Positions 25,801 to 40,800 of a stretch of 64,000 nucleotides of DNA are shown here, piece by piece. How positions within the stretch are numbered: the stretch's first letter is position 1; every line of letters begins with the position of its first letter. The DNA comes from Eledone cirrhosa. Its lineage: Eukaryota. Position numbers and translations under genes: made by a program. The stretch is from NCBI GenBank assembly GCA_964016885.1, contig OZ024740.1, positions 34,038,001 to 34,102,000 on the forward strand. Reading direction: 5' to 3'. Under the pieces are notes generated by a model that worked only from the letters and a program-made list of their open reading frames with translations, was not told where the DNA came from and made no database searches.

Positions 25801-28800
25801 TGGAGTTAAGTTATGATAGTTGTTGTTGTTTAACCCTAGGCCAGGTGTGATGGAGTTAAGTTATGATAGTTGTTGTTTAACCCTAGGCCAGGTGTGATGG
25901 AGTTAAGTTATGATAGTTGTTTAACCCTAGGCTAGGTGTGATGGAGTTAAGTTATGATAGTTGTTGTTCCTTAACCCTAGGCCAGGTGTGATGGAGTTAA
26001 GTTATGATAGTTGTTGTTTAATCCTAGGCCAGGTGTGATGTAGTTAAGTTATGATAGTTGTTGTTGTTTAACCCTAGGCCAGGTGTGATGTAGTTAAGTT
26101 ATGATAGTTGTTGTTTAACCCTAGGCCAGGTGTGATGGAGTTAAGTTATGATAGTTGTTGTTGTTTAACCCTAGTCCAGGTGTGATGGAGTTAAGTTATG
26201 ATAGTTGTTGTTGTTTAACTCTAGGCCAGGTGTGATGGAGTTAAGTTATGATAGTTGTTGTTTAACCCTAGGCCAGGTGTGATGGAGTTAAGTTATGATA
26301 GTTGTTGTTTAACCCTAGGCCAGGTGTGATGGAGTTAAGTTATGATAGTTGTTGTTTAATCCTAGGCCAGGTGTGATGGAGTTAAGTTATGCTAGTTGTT
26401 GTTTAACCCTAGTCCAGGTGTGATGGAGTTAAGTTAGGATAGTTGTTGTTTAACCCTAGTCCAGGTATGATGGAGTTAAGTTATGATAGTTGTTGTTTAA
26501 CCCTAGGCCAGGTGTGATGGAGTTAAGTTATGATAGTTGTTGTTTAATCCTAGGCCAGGTGTGATGGAGTTAAGTTATGATAGTTGTTGTTTAACTCTAG
26601 GCCAGGTGTGATGGAGTTAAGTTATGATAGCTGTTGTTTAACTCTAGGCCAGGTGTGATGGAGTTAAGTTGTGATAGTTGTTGTTGTTTAACACTAGGCC
26701 AGGTGTGATGTAGTTAAGTTATGATAGTTGTTGTTGTTTAACCCTAGGCCAGGTGTGATGTAGTTAAGTTATGATAGTTGTTGTTTAACCCTAGGCCAGG
26801 TGTGATGGAGTTAAGTTATGATAGTTGTTGTTTAACTCTAGGCCAGGTGTGATGGAGTTAAGTTATGATAGTTGTTGTTTAACTCTAGGCCAGGTGTGAT
26901 GGAATTAAATTATGACAGTTGTTGTTTTAGCCTAGGCAACGTGTGATGGAGTTAAGTTATGATAGTTGTTGTTGTTTAACCCTAGGCCAGGTGTGATGTA
27001 GTTAAGTTATGATAGTTGTTGTTTAACTCTAGGCCAGGTGCGATGGAGTTAAGTTATGATAGTTGTTGTTCCTTAACCCTAGGCCAGGTGTGATGGAGTT
27101 AAGTTATGATAGTTGTTTAATCCTAGGCCAGGTGTGATGTAGTTAAGTTATGATAGTTGTTGTTGTTTAACCCTAGGCCAGGTGTGATGGAGTTAAGTTA
27201 TGATAGTTGTTGTTTAACTCTAGGCCAGGTGTGATGGAGTTAAGTTATGATAGTTGTTGTTGTTTAACCCTAGGCCAGGTGTGATGGAGTTAAGTTATGA
27301 TAGTTGTTGTTTAACTCTAGGCCAGGTGTGATGGAGTTAAGTTATGATAGTTGTTGTTGTTTAACCCTAGGCCAGGTGTGATGGAGTTAAGTTATGATAG
27401 TTGTTGTTTAACCCTAGGCCAGGTGTGATGGAGTTAAGTTATGATAGTTGTTGTTTAACCCTAGGCCAGGTGTGATGGAATTAAATTATGACAGTTGTTG
27501 TTTTAGCCTAGGCCAGGTGTGATGGAGTTAAGTTATGATAGTTGTTGTTTAACCCTAGGCCAGGTGTGATGTAGTTAAGTTATGATAGTTGTTGTTTAAC
27601 CCTAGGCCAGGTGTGATGGAATTAAGTTATGATAGTTGTTGTTTAACCCTAGGCCAGGTGTGATGGAGTTAAGTTATGATAGTTGTTGTTTAATCCTAGG
27701 CCAGGTGTGATGGAGTTAAGTTATGATAGTTGTTGTTTAATCCTAGGCCAGGTGTGATGTAGTTAAGTTATGATAGTTGTTGTTTAACTCTATGCCAGGT
27801 GTGATGGAGTTAAGTTATGATAGTTGTTGTTCCTTAACCCTAGGCCAGGTGTGATGGAGTTAAGTTATGATAGTTGTTGTTTAATCCTAGGCCAGGTGTG
27901 ATGTAGTTAAGTTATGATAGTTGTTGTTGTTTAACCCTAGGCCAGGTGTGATGTAGTTAAGTTATGATAGTTGTTGTTTAACTCTAGGCCAGGTGTGATG
28001 GAGTTAAGTTATGATAGTTGTTGTTTAACCCTAGGCCAGGTGTGATGTAGTTAAGTTATGATAGTTGTTGTTTAACTCTAGGCCAGGTGTGATGGAGTTA
28101 AGTTATGATAGTTGTTGTTTAACTCTAGGCCAGGTGTGATGGAGTTAAGTTAGGATAGTTGTTGTTTAACCCTAGGCCAGGAGTGATGGAGTTAAGTTAT
28201 GATAGTTGTTGTTCCTTAACCCTAGGCCAAGTGTGATGGAGTTAAGTTATGATAGTTGTTGTTCCTTAACCCTAGGCCAGGTGTGATGGAGTTAAGTTAT
28301 GATAGTTGTTGTTTAATCCTAGGCCAGGTGTGATGGAGTTAAGTTATGATAGTTGTTGTTTAACTCTAGGCCAGGTGTGATGGAGTTAAGTTATGATAGC
28401 TGTTGTTTAACTCTAGGCCAGGTGTGATGGAGTTAAGTTGTGATAGTTGTTGTTGTTTAACACTAGGCCAGGTGTGATGTAGTTAAGTTATGATAGTTGT
28501 TGTTGTTTAACCCTAGGCCAGGTGTGATGTAGTTAAGTTATGATAGTTGTTGTTGTTTAACCCTAGGCCAGGTGTGATGTAGTTAAGTTATGATAGTTGT
28601 TGTTTAACTCTAGGCCAGGTGTGATGGAGTTAAGTTATGATAGTTGTTGTTTAACCCTAGGCCAGGTGTGATGGAGTTAAGTTATGATAGTTGTTGTTTA
28701 ACTCTAGGCCAGGTGTGATGGAGTTAAGTTATGATAGTTGTTGTTTAACCCTAGGCCAGGTGTGATGGAGTTAAGTTGTGATAGTTGTTGTTGTTTAACA

Positions 28801-31800
28801 CTAGGCCAGGTGTGATGTAGTTAAGTTATGATAGTTGTTGTTGTTTAACCCTAGGCCAGGTGTGATGTAGTTAAGTTATGATAGTTGTTGTTGTTTAACC
28901 CTAGGCCAGGTGTGATGTAGTTAAGTTATGATAGTTGTTGTTTAACTCTAGGCCAGGTGTGATGGAGTTAAGTTATGATAGTTGTTGTTTAACCCTAGGC
29001 CAGGTGTGATGGAGTTAAGTTATGATAGTTGTTGTTTAACTCTAGGCCAGGTGTGATGGAGTTAAGTTATGATAGTTGTTGTTTAACCCTAGGCCAGGTG
29101 TGATGGAATTAAATTATGACAGTTGTTGTTTTAGCCTAGGCAACGTGTGATGGAGTTAAGTTATGATAGTTGTTGTTGTTTAACCCTAGGCCAGGTGTGA
29201 TGTAGTTAAGTTATGATAGTTGTTGTTTAACTCTAGGCCAGGTGTGATGGAGTTAAGTTATGATAGTTGTTGTTCCTTAACCCTAGGCCAGGTGTGATGG
29301 AGTTAAGTTATGATAGTTGTTTAATCCTAGGCCAGGTGTGATGTAGTTAAGTTATGATAGTTGTTGTTTAACCCTAGGCCAGGTGTGATGTAGTTAAGTT
29401 ATGATAGTTGTTGTTTAACCCTAGGCCAGGTGTGATGGAGTTAAGTTATGATAGTTGTTGTTTAACTCTAGGCCAGGTGTGATGGAGTTAAGTTATGATA
29501 GTTGTTGTTGTTTAACCCTAGGCCAGGTGTGATGGAGTTAAGTTATGATAGTTGTTGTTTAACCCTAGGCCAGGTGTGATGGAGTTAAGTTATGATAGTT
29601 GTTGTTGTTTAACCCTAGGCCAGGTGTGATGTAGTTAAGTTATGATAGTTGTTGTTTAACTCTAGGCCAGGTGTGATGGAGTTAAGTTATGATAGTTGTT
29701 GTTTAACCCTAGGCCAGGTGTGATGGAATTAAATTATGACAGTTGTTGTTTTAGCCTAGGCAACGTGTGATGGAGTTAAGTTATGATAGTTGTTGTTGTT
29801 TAACCCTAGGCCAGGTGTGATGTAGTTAAGTTATGATAGTTGTTGTTTAACTCTATACCAGGTGTGATGGAGTTAAGTTATGATAGTTGTTGTTCCTTAA
29901 CCCTAGGCCAGGTGTGATGGAGTTAAGTTATGATAGTTGTTGTTTAATCCTAGGCCAGGTTGATGTAGTTAAGTTATGATAGTTGTTGTCGTTTAACCCT
30001 AGGCCAGGTGTGATGTAGTTAAGTTATGATAGTTGTTGTTTAACCCTAGGCCAGGTGTGATGGAGTTAAGTTATGATAGTTGTTGTTGTTTAACCCTAGG
30101 CCAGGTGTGATGGAGTTAAGTTATGATAGTTGTTGTTTAACCCTAGGCCAGGTGTGATGGAGTTAAGTTATGATAGTTGTTTAACCCTAGGCTAGGTGTG
30201 ATGGAGTTAAGTTATGATAGTTGTTGTTTAACTCTAGGCTAGGTGTGATGTAGTTAAGTTATGCTAGTTGTTGTTTAACCCTAGGCCAGGTATGATGGAG
30301 TTAAGTTATGATAGTTGTTGTTTAACCCTAGGCCCGGTGTGATGGAGTTAAGATATGATAGTTGTTGTTCCTTAACCCTAGGCCAAGTGTGATGGAGTTA
30401 AGTTATGATAGTTGTTGTTTAATCCTAGGCCAGGTGTGATGGAGTTAAGTTATGATAGTTGTTGTTCCTTAACCCTAGGCCAAGTGTGATGGAGTTAAGT
30501 TATGATAGTTGTTGTTCCTTAACCCTAGGCCAGGTGTGATGGAGTTAAGTTATGATAGTTGTTGTTTAATCCTAGGCCAGGTGTGATGGAGTTAAGTTAT
30601 GATAGTTGTTGTTTAACTCTAGGCCAGGTGTGATGGAGTTAAGTTATGATAGTTGTTGTTGTTTAACACTAGGCCAGGTGTGATGTAGTTAAGTTATGAT
30701 AGTTGTTGTTGTTTAACCCTAGGCCAGGTGTGATGTAGTTAAGTTATGATAGTTGTTGTTGTTTAACCCTAGGCCAGGTGTGATGTAGTTAAGTTATGAT
30801 AGTTGTTGTTTAACCCTAGACCAGGTGTGATGGAGTTAAGTTATGATAGTTGTTGTTTAACTCTAGGCCAGGTGTGATGGAGTTAAGTTATGATAGTTGT
30901 TGTTTAACTCTAGGCCAGGTGTGATGGAATTAAATTATGACAGTTGTTGTTTTAGCCTAGGCAACGTGTGATGGAGTTAAGTTATGATAGTTGTTGTTGT
31001 TTAACCCTAGGCCAGGTGTGATGTAGTTAAGTTATGATAGTTGTTGTTTAACTCTAGGCCAGGTGCGATGGAGTTAAGTTATGATAGTTGTTGTTCCTTA
31101 ACCCTAGGCCAGGTGTGATGGAGTTAAGTTATGATAGTTGTTTAATCCTAGGCCAGGTGTGATGTAGTTAAGTTATGATAGTTGTTGTTGTTTAACCCTA
31201 GGCCAGGTGTGATGGAGTTAAGTTATGATAGTTGTTGTTTAACTCTAGGCCAGGTGTGATGGAGTTAAGTTATGATAGTTGTTGTTGTTTAACCCTAGGC
31301 CAGGTGTGATGGAGTTGTTATAGAACTTGTTTAACTCTAGGCCAGGTGTGATGGAGTTAAGTTATGATAGTTGTTGTTTAACCCTAGTCCAGGTGTGATG
31401 GAGTTAAGTTATGATAGTTGTTGTTTAACCCTAGGCCAGGTGTGATGGAGTAAAGTTATGATAGTTGTTGTTTAACCCTAGGCCAGGTGTGATGGAGTTA
31501 AGTTATGATAGTTGTTGTTTAATCCTAGGCCAGGTGTGATGGAGTTAAGTTATGATAGTTGTTGTTTAACCCTAGGCCAGGTGTGATGGAGTTAAGTTAT
31601 GATAGTTGTTGTTTAATCCTAGGCCAGGTGTGATGGAGTTAAGTTATGATAGTTGTTGTTTAACCCTAGGCCAGGTGTGATGGAGTTAAGTTATGATAGT
31701 TGTTGTTTAACCCTAGGCCAGGTGTGATGGAGTTAAGTTATGATAGTTGTTGTTTAACCCTAGGCCAGGTGTGATGGAGTTAAGTTATGATAGTTGTTGT

Positions 31801-34800
31801 TTAACCCTAGGTCAGGTGTGATGGAGTTAAGTTATGATAGTTGTTGTTTAACCCTAGGCCAGGTGTGATGGAGTAAAGTTATGATAGTTGTTGTTTAACC
31901 CTAGGCCAGGTGTGATGGAGTTAAGTTATGATAGTTGTTGTTTAATCCTAGGCCAGGTGTGATGGAGTTAAGTTATGATAGTTGTTGTTTAACCCTAGGC
32001 CAAGTGTGATGGAGTTAAGTTATGATAGTTGTTGTTGTTTAACCCTAGGCCAGGTGTGATGTAGTTAAGTTATGATAGTTGTTGTTGTTTAACCCTAGGC
32101 CAGGTGTGATGGAGTTAAGTTATGATAGTTGTTTAACCCTAGGCTAGGTGTGATGGAGTTAAGTTATGATAGTTGTTGTTTAACTCTAGGCTAGGTGTGA
32201 TGTAGTTAAGTTATGCTAGTTGTTGTTTAACCCTAGGCCCGGTGTGATGGAGTTAAGATATGATAGTTGTTGTTCCTTAACCCTAGGCCAAGTGTGATGG
32301 AGTTAAGTTATGATAGTTGTTGTTTAATCCTAGGCCAGGTGTGATGGAGTTAAGTTATGATAGTTGTTGTTCCTTAACCCTAGGCCAAGTGTGATGGAGT
32401 TAAGTTATGATAGTTGTTGTTCCTTAACCCTAGGCCAGGTGTGATGGAGTTAAGTTATGATAGTTGTTGTTTAATCCTAGGCCAGGTGTGATGGAGTTAA
32501 GTTATGATAGTTGTTGTTTAACTCTAGGCCAGGTGTGATGGAGTTAAGTTATGATAGTTGTTGTTGTTTAACACTAGGCCAGGTGTGATGTAGTTAAGTT
32601 ATGATAGTTGTTGTTGTTTAACCCTAGGCCAGGTGTGATGTAGTTAAGTTATGATAGTTGTTGTTGTTTAACCCTAGGCCAGGTGTGATGTAGTTAAGTT
32701 ATGATAGTTGTTGTTTAACCCTAGGCCAGGTGTGATGGAGTTAAGTTATGATAGTTGTTGTTTAACTCTAGGCCAGGTGTGATGGAGTTAAGTTATGATA
32801 GTTGTTGTTTAACTCTAGGCCAGGTGTGATGGAATTAAATTATGACAGTTGTTGTTTTAGCCTAGGCAACGTGTGATGGAGTTAAGTTATGATAGTTGTT
32901 GTTGTTTAACCCTAGGCCAGGTGTGATGTAGTTAAGTTATGATAGTTGTTGTTTAACTCTAGGCCAGGTGCGATGGAGTTAAGTTATGATAGTTGTTGTT
33001 CCTTAACCCTAGGCCAGGTGTGATGGAGTTAAGTTATGATAGTTGTTTAATCCTAGGCCAGGTGTGATGTAGTTAAGTTATGATAGTTGTTGTTGTTTAA
33101 CCCTAGGCCAGGTGTGATGGAGTTAAGTTATGATAGTTGTTGTTTAACTCTAGGCCAGGTGTGATGGAGTTAAGTTATGATAGTTGTTGTTGTTTAACCC
33201 TAGGCCAGGTGTGATGGAGTTAAGTTATGATAGTTGTTGTTTAACTCTAGGCCAGGTGTGATGGAGTTAAGTTATGATAGTTGTTGTTGTTTAACCCTAG
33301 GCCAGGTGTGATGGAGTTAAGTTATGATAGTTGTTGTTTAACCCTAGGCCAGGTGTGATGGAGTTAAGTTATGATAGTTGTTGTTTAACCCTAGGCCAGG
33401 TGTGATGGAATTAAATTATGACAGTTGTTTTAGCCTAGGCCAGGTGTGATGGAGTTAAGTTATGATAGTTGTTGTTTAACCCTAGGCCAGGTGTGATGTA
33501 GTTAAGTTATGATAGTTGTTGTTTAACCCTAGGCCAGGTGTGATGGAATTAAGTTATGATAGTTGTTGTTTAACCCTAGGCCAGGTGTGATGGAGTTAAG
33601 TTATGATAGTTGTTGTTTAATCCTAGGCCAGGTGTGATGGAGTTAAGTTATGATAGTTGTTGTTTAATCCTAGGCCAGGTGTGATGTAGTTAAGTTATGA
33701 TAGTTGTTGTTTAACTCTATGCCAGGTGTGATGGAGTTAAGTTATGATAGTTGTTGTTCCTTAACCCTAGGCCAGGTGTGATGGAGTTAAGTTATGATAG
33801 TTGTTGTTTAATCCTAGGCCAGGTGTGATGTAGTTAAGTTATGATAGTTGTTGTTGTTTAACCCTAGGCCAGGTGTGATGTAGTTAAGTTATGATAGTTG
33901 TTGTTTAACTCTAGGCCAGGTGTGATGGAGTTAAGTTATGATAGTTGTTGTTTAACCCTAGGCCAGGTGTGATGTAGTTAAGTTATGATAGTTGTTGTTT
34001 AACTCTAGGCCAGGTGTGATGGAGTTAAGTTATGATAGTTGTTGTTTAACTCTAGGCCAGGTGTGATGGAGTTAAGTTAGGATAGTTGTTGTTTAACCCT
34101 AGGCCAGGAGTGATGGAGTTAAGTTATGATAGTTGTTGTTCCTTAACCCTAGGCCAAGTGTGATGGAGTTAAGTTATGATAGTTGTTGTTCCTTAACCCT
34201 AGGCCAGGTGTGATGGAGTTAAGTTATGATAGTTGTTGTTTAATCCTAGGCCAGGTGTGATGGAGTTAAGTTATGATAGTTGTTGTTTAACTCTAGGCCA
34301 GGTGTGATGGAGTTAAGTTATGATAGCTGTTGTTTAACTCTAGGCCAGGTGTGATGGAGTTAAGTTGTGATAGTTGTTGTTGTTTAACACTAGGCCAGGT
34401 GTGATGTAGTTAAGTTATGATAGTTGTTGTTGTTTAACCCTAGGCCAGGTGTGATGTAGTTAAGTTATGATAGTTGTTGTTGTTTAACCCTAGGCCAGGT
34501 GTGATGTAGTTAAGTTATGATAGTTGTTGTTTAACTCTAGGCCAGGTGTGATGGAGTTAAGTTATGATAGTTGTTGTTTAACCCTAGGCCAGGTGTGATG
34601 GAGTTAAGTTATGATAGTTGTTGTTTAACTCTAGGCCAGGTGTGATGGAGTTAAGTTATGATAGTTGTTGTTTAACCCTAGGCCAGGTGTGATGGAGTTA
34701 AATTGTGATAGTTGTTGTTGTTTAACACTAGGCCAGGTGTGATGTAGTTAAGTTATGATAGTTGTTGTTGTTTAACCCTAGGCCAGGTGTGATGTAGTTA

Positions 34801-37800
34801 AGTTATGATAGTTGTTGTTGTTTAACCCTAGGCCAGGTGTGATGTAGTTAAGTTATGATAGTTGTTGTTTAACTCTAGGCCAGGTGTGATGGAGTTAAGT
34901 TATGATAGTTGTTGTTTAACCCTAGGCCAGGTGTGATGGAGTTAAGTTATGATAGTTGTTGTTTAACTCTAGGCCAGGTGTGATGGAGTTAAGTTATGAT
35001 AGTTGTTGTTTAACCCTAGGCCAGGTGTGATGGAATTAAATTATGACAGTTGTTGTTTTAGCCTAGGCAACGTGTGATGGAGTTAAGTTATGATAGTTGT
35101 TGTTGTTTAACCCTAGGCCAGGTGTGATGTAGTTAAGTTATGATAGTTGTTGTTTAACTCTAGGCCAGGTGTGATGGAGTTAAGTTATGATAGTTGTTGT
35201 TCCTTAACCCTAGGCCAGGTGTGATGGAGTTAAGTTATGATAGTTGTTTAATCCTAGGCCAGGTGTGATGTAGTTAAGTTATGATAGTTGTTGTTGTTTA
35301 ACCCTAGGCCAGGTGTGATGTAGTTAAGTTATGATAGTTGTTGTTTAACCCTAGGCCAGGTGTGATGGAGTTAAGTTATGATAGTTGTTGTTTAACTCTA
35401 GGCCAGGTGTGATGGAGTTAAGTTATGATAGTTGTTGTTGTTTAACCCTAGGCCAGGTGTGATGGAGTTAAGTTATGATAGTTGTTGTTTAACCCTAGGC
35501 CAGGTGTGATGGAGTTAAGTTATGATAGTTGTTGTTGTTTAACCCTAGGCCAGGTGTGATGTAGTTAAGTTATGATAGTTGTTGTTTAACTCTAGGCCAG
35601 GTGTGATGGAGTTAAGTTATGATAGTTGTTGTTTAATCCTAGGCCAGGTGTGATGGAGTTAAGTTATGATAGTTGTTGTTCCTTAACCCTAGGCCAAGTG
35701 TGATGGAGTTAAGTTATGATAGTTGTTGTTCCTTAACCCTAGGCCAGGTGTGATGGAGTTAAGTTATGATAGTTGTTGTTTAATCCTAGGCCAGGTGTGA
35801 TGGAGTTAAGTTATGATAGTTGTTGTTTAACTCTAGGCCAGGTGTGATGGAGTTAAGTTATGATAGTTGTTGTTGTTTAACACTAGGCCAGGTGTGATGT
35901 AGTTAAGTTATGATAGTTGTTGTTGTTTAACCCTAGGCCAGGTGTGATGTAGTTAAGTTATGATAGTTGTTGTTGTTTAACCCTAGGCCAGGTGTGATGT
36001 AGTTAAGTTATGATAGTTGTTGTTTAACCCTAGACCAGGTGTGATGGAGTTAAGTTATGATAGTTGTTGTTTAACTCTAGGCCAGGTGTGATGGAGTTAA
36101 GTTATGATAGTTGTTGTTTAACTCTAGGCCAGGTGTGATGGAATTAAATTATGACAGTTGTTGTTTTAGCCTAGGCAACGTGTGATGGAGTTAAGTTATG
36201 ATAGTTGTTGTTGTTTAACCCTAGGCCAGGTGTGATGTAGTTAAGTTATGATAGTTGTTGTTTAACTCTAGGCCAGGTGCGATGGAGTTAAGTTATGATA
36301 GTTGTTGTTCCTTAACCCTAGGCCAGGTGTGATGGAGTTAAGTTATGATAGTTGTTTAATCCTAGGCCAGGTGTGATGTAGTTAAGTTATGATAGTTGTT
36401 GTTGTTTAACCCTAGGCCAGGTGTGATGGAGTTAAGTTATGATAGTTGTTGTTTAACTCTAGGCCAGGTGTGATGGAGTTAAGTTATGATAGTTGTTGTT
36501 GTTTAACCCTAGGCCAGGTGTGATGGAGTTGTTATAGAACTTGTTTAACTCTAGGCCAGGTGTGATGGAGTTAAGTTATGATAGTTGTTGTTTAACCCTA
36601 GGCCAGGTGTGATGGAGTAAAGTTATGATAGTTGTTGTTTAACCCTAGGCCAGGTGTGATGGAGTTAAGTTATGATAGTTGTTGTTTAATCCTAGGCCAG
36701 GTGTGATGGAGTTAAGTTATGATAGTTGTTGTTTAACCCTAGGCCAGGTGTGATGGAGTTAAGTTATGATAGTTGTTGTTTAATCCTAGGCCAGGTGTGA
36801 TGGAGTTAAGTTATGATAGTTGTTGTTTAACCCTAGGCCAGGTGTGATGTAGTTAAGTTATGATAGTTGTTGTTTAACCCTAGGCCAGGTGTGATGGAGT
36901 TAAGTTATGATAGTTGTTGTTTAACCCTAGGCCAGGTGTGATGGAGTTAAGTTATGATAGTTGTTGTTTAACCCTAGGTCAGGTGTGATGGAGTTAAGTT
37001 ATGATAGTTGTTGTTTAACCCTAGGCCAGGTGTGATGGAGTAAAGTTATGATAGTTGTTGTTTAACCCTAGGCCAGGTGTGATGGAGTTAAGTTATGATA
37101 GTTGTTGTTTAATCCTAGGCCAGGTGTGATGGAGTTAAGTTATGATAGTTGTTGTTTAACCCTAGGCCAAGTGTGATGGAGTTAAGTTATGATAGTTGTT
37201 GTTGTTTAACCCTAGGCCAGGTGTGATGTAGTTAAGTTATGATAGTTGTTGTTGTTTAACCCTAGGCCAGGTGTGATGGAGTTAAGTTATGATAGTTGTT
37301 TAACCCTAGGCTAGGTGTGATGGAGTTAAGTTATGATAGTTGTTGTTTAACTCTAGGCTAGGTGTGATGTAGTTAAGTTATGCTAGTTGTTGTTTAACCC
37401 TAGGCCAGGTATGATGGAGTTAAGTTATGATAGTTGTTGTTTAACCCTAGGCCCGGTGTGATGGAGTTAAGATATGATAGTTGTTGTTCCTTAACCCTAG
37501 GCCAAGTGTGATGGAGTTAAGTTATGATAGTTGTTGTTTAATCCTAGGCCAGGTGTGATGGAGTTAAGTTATGATAGTTGTTGTTCCTTAACCCTAGGCC
37601 AAGTGTGATGGAGTTAAGTTATGATAGTTGTTGTTCCTTAACCCTAGGCCAGGTGTGATGGAGTTAAGTTATGATAGTTGTTGTTTAATCCTAGGCCAGG
37701 TGTGATGGAGTTAAGTTATGATAGTTGTTGTTTAACTCTAGGCCAGGTGTGATGGAGTTAAGTTATGATAGTTGTTGTTGTTTAACACTAGGCCAGGTGT

Positions 37801-40800
37801 GATGTAGTTAAGTTATGATAGTTGTTGTTGTTTAACCCTAGGCCAGGTGTGATGTAGTTAAGTTATGATAGTTGTTGTTGTTTAACCCTAGGCCAGGTGT
37901 GATGTAGTTAAGTTATGATAGTTGTTGTTTAACCCTAGGCCAGGTGTGATGGAGTTAAGTTATGATAGTTGTTGTTTAACTCTAGGCCAGGTGTGATGGA
38001 GTTAAGTTATGATAGTTGTTGTTTAACTCTAGGCCAGGTGTGATGGAATTAAATTATGACAGTTGTTGTTTTAGCCTAGGCAACGTGTGATGGAGTTAAG
38101 TTATGATAGTTGTTGTTGTTTAACCCTAGGCCAGGTGTGATGTAGTTAAGTTATGATAGTTGTTGTTTAACTCTAGGCCAGGTGCGATGGAGTTAAGTTA
38201 TGATAGTTGTTGTTCCTTAACCCTAGGCCAGGTGTGATGGAGTTAAGTTATGATAGTTGTTTAATCCTAGGCCAGGTGTGATGTAGTTAAGTTATGATAG
38301 TTGTTGTTGTTTAACCCTAGGCCAGGTGTGATGGAGTTAAGTTATGATAGTTGTTGTTTAACTCTAGGCCAGGTGTGATGGAGTTAAGTTATGATAGTTG
38401 TTGTTGTTTAACCCTAGGCCAGGTGTGATGGAGTTAAGTTATGATAGTTGTTGTTTAACTCTAGGCCAGGTGTGATGGAGTTAAGTTATGATAGTTGTTG
38501 TTGTTTAACCCTAGGCCAGGTGTGATGGAGTTAAGTTATGATAGTTGTTGTTTAACCCTAGGCCAGGTGTGATGGAGTTAAGTTATGATAGTTGTTGTTT
38601 AACCCTAGGCCAGGTGTGATGGAATTAAATTATGACAGTTGTTGTTTTAGCCTAGGCCAGGTGTGATGGAGTTAAGTTATGATAGTTGTTGTTTAACCCT
38701 AGGCCAGGTGTGATGTAGTTAAGTTATGATAGTTGTTGTTTAACCCTAGGCCAGGTGTGATGGAATTAAGTTATGATAGTTGTTGTTTAACCCTAGGCCA
38801 GGTGTGATGGAGTTAAGTTATGATAGTTGTTGTTTAATCCTAGGCCAGGTGTGATGGAGTTAAGTTATGATAGTTGTTGTTTAATCCTAGGCCAGGTGTG
38901 ATGTAGTTAAGTTATGATAGTTGTTGTTTAACTCTATGCCAGGTGTGATGGAGTTAAGTTATGATAGTTGTTGTTCCTTAACCCTAGGCCAGGTGTGATG
39001 GAGTTAAGTTATGATAGTTGTTGTTTAATCCTAGGCCAGGTGTGATGTAGTTAAGTTATGATAGTTGTTGTTGTTTAACCCTAGGCCAGGTGTGATGTAG
39101 TTAAGTTATGATAGTTGTTGTTTAACTCTAGGCCAGGTGTGATGGAGTTAAGTTATGATAGTTGTTGTTTAACCCTAGGCCAGGTGTGATGTAGTTAAGT
39201 TATGATAGTTGTTGTTTAACTCTAGGCCAGGTGTGATGGAGTTAAGTTATGATAGTTGTTGTTTAACTCTAGGCCAGGTGTGATGGAGTTAAGTTAGGAT
39301 AGTTGTTGTTTAACCCTAGGCCAGGAGTGATGGAGTTAAGTTATGATAGTTGTTGTTCCTTAACCCTAGGCCAAGTGTGATGGAGTTAAGTTATGATAGT
39401 TGTTGTTCCTTAACCCTAGGCCAGGTGTGATGGAGTTAAGTTATGATAGTTGTTGTTTAATCCTAGGCCAGGTGTGATGGAGTTAAGTTATGATAGTTGT
39501 TGTTTAACTCTAGGCCAGGTGTGATGGAGTTAAGTTATGATAGCTGTTGTTTAACTCTAGGCCAGGTGTGATGGAGTTAAGTTGTGATAGTTGTTGTTGT
39601 TTAACACTAGGCCAGGTGTGATGTAGTTAAGTTATGATAGTTGTTGTTGTTTAACCCTAGGCCAGGTGTGATGTAGTTAAGTTATGATAGTTGTTGTTGT
39701 TTAACCCTAGGCCAGGTGTGATGTAGTTAAGTTATGATAGTTGTTGTTTAACTCTAGGCCAGGTGTGATGGAGTTAAGTTATGATAGTTGTTGTTTAACC
39801 CTAGGCCAGGTGTGATGGAGTTAAGTTATGATAGTTGTTGTTTAACTCTAGGCCAGGTGTGATGGAGTTAAGTTATGATAGTTGTTGTTTAACCCTAGGC
39901 CAGGTGTGATGGAGTTAAATTGTGATAGTTGTTGTTGTTTAACACTAGGCCAGGTGTGATGTAGTTAAGTTATGATAGTTGTTGTTGTTTAACCCTAGGC
40001 CAGGTGTGATGTAGTTAAGTTATGATAGTTGTTGTTGTTTAACCCTAGGCCAGGTGTGATGTAGTTAAGTTATGATAGTTGTTGTTTAACTCTAGGCCAG
40101 GTGTGATGGAGTTAAGTTATGATAGTTGTTGTTTAACCCTAGGCCAGGTGTGATGGAGTTAAGTTATGATAGTTGTTGTTTAACTCTAGGCCAGGTGTGA
40201 TGGAGTTAAGTTATGATAGTTGTTGTTTAACCCTAGGCCAGGTGTGATGGAATTAAATTATGACAGTTGTTGTTTTAGCCTAGGCAACGTGTGATGGAGT
40301 TAAGTTATGATAGTTGTTGTTGTTTAACCCTAGGCCAGGTGTGATGTAGTTAAGTTATGATAGTTGTTGTTTAACTCTAGGCCAGGTGTGATGGAGTTAA
40401 GTTATGATAGTTGTTGTTCCTTAACCCTAGGCCAGGTGTGATGGAGTTAAGTTATGATAGTTGTTTAATCCTAGGCCAGGTGTGATGTAGTTAAGTTATG
40501 ATAGTTGTTGTTGTTTAACCCTAGGCCAGGTGTGATGTAGTTAAGTTATGATAGTTGTTGTTTAACCCTAGGCCAGGTGTGATGGAGTTAAGTTATGATA
40601 GTTGTTGTTTAACTCTAGGCCAGGTGTGATGGAGTTAAGTTATGATAGTTGTTGTTGTTTAACCCTAGGCCAGGTGTGATGGAGTTAAGTTATGATAGTT
40701 GTTGTTTAACCCTAGGCCAGGTGTGATGGAGTTAAGTTATGATAGTTGTTGTTGTTTAACCCTAGGCCAGGTGTGATGTAGTTAAGTTATGATAGTTGTT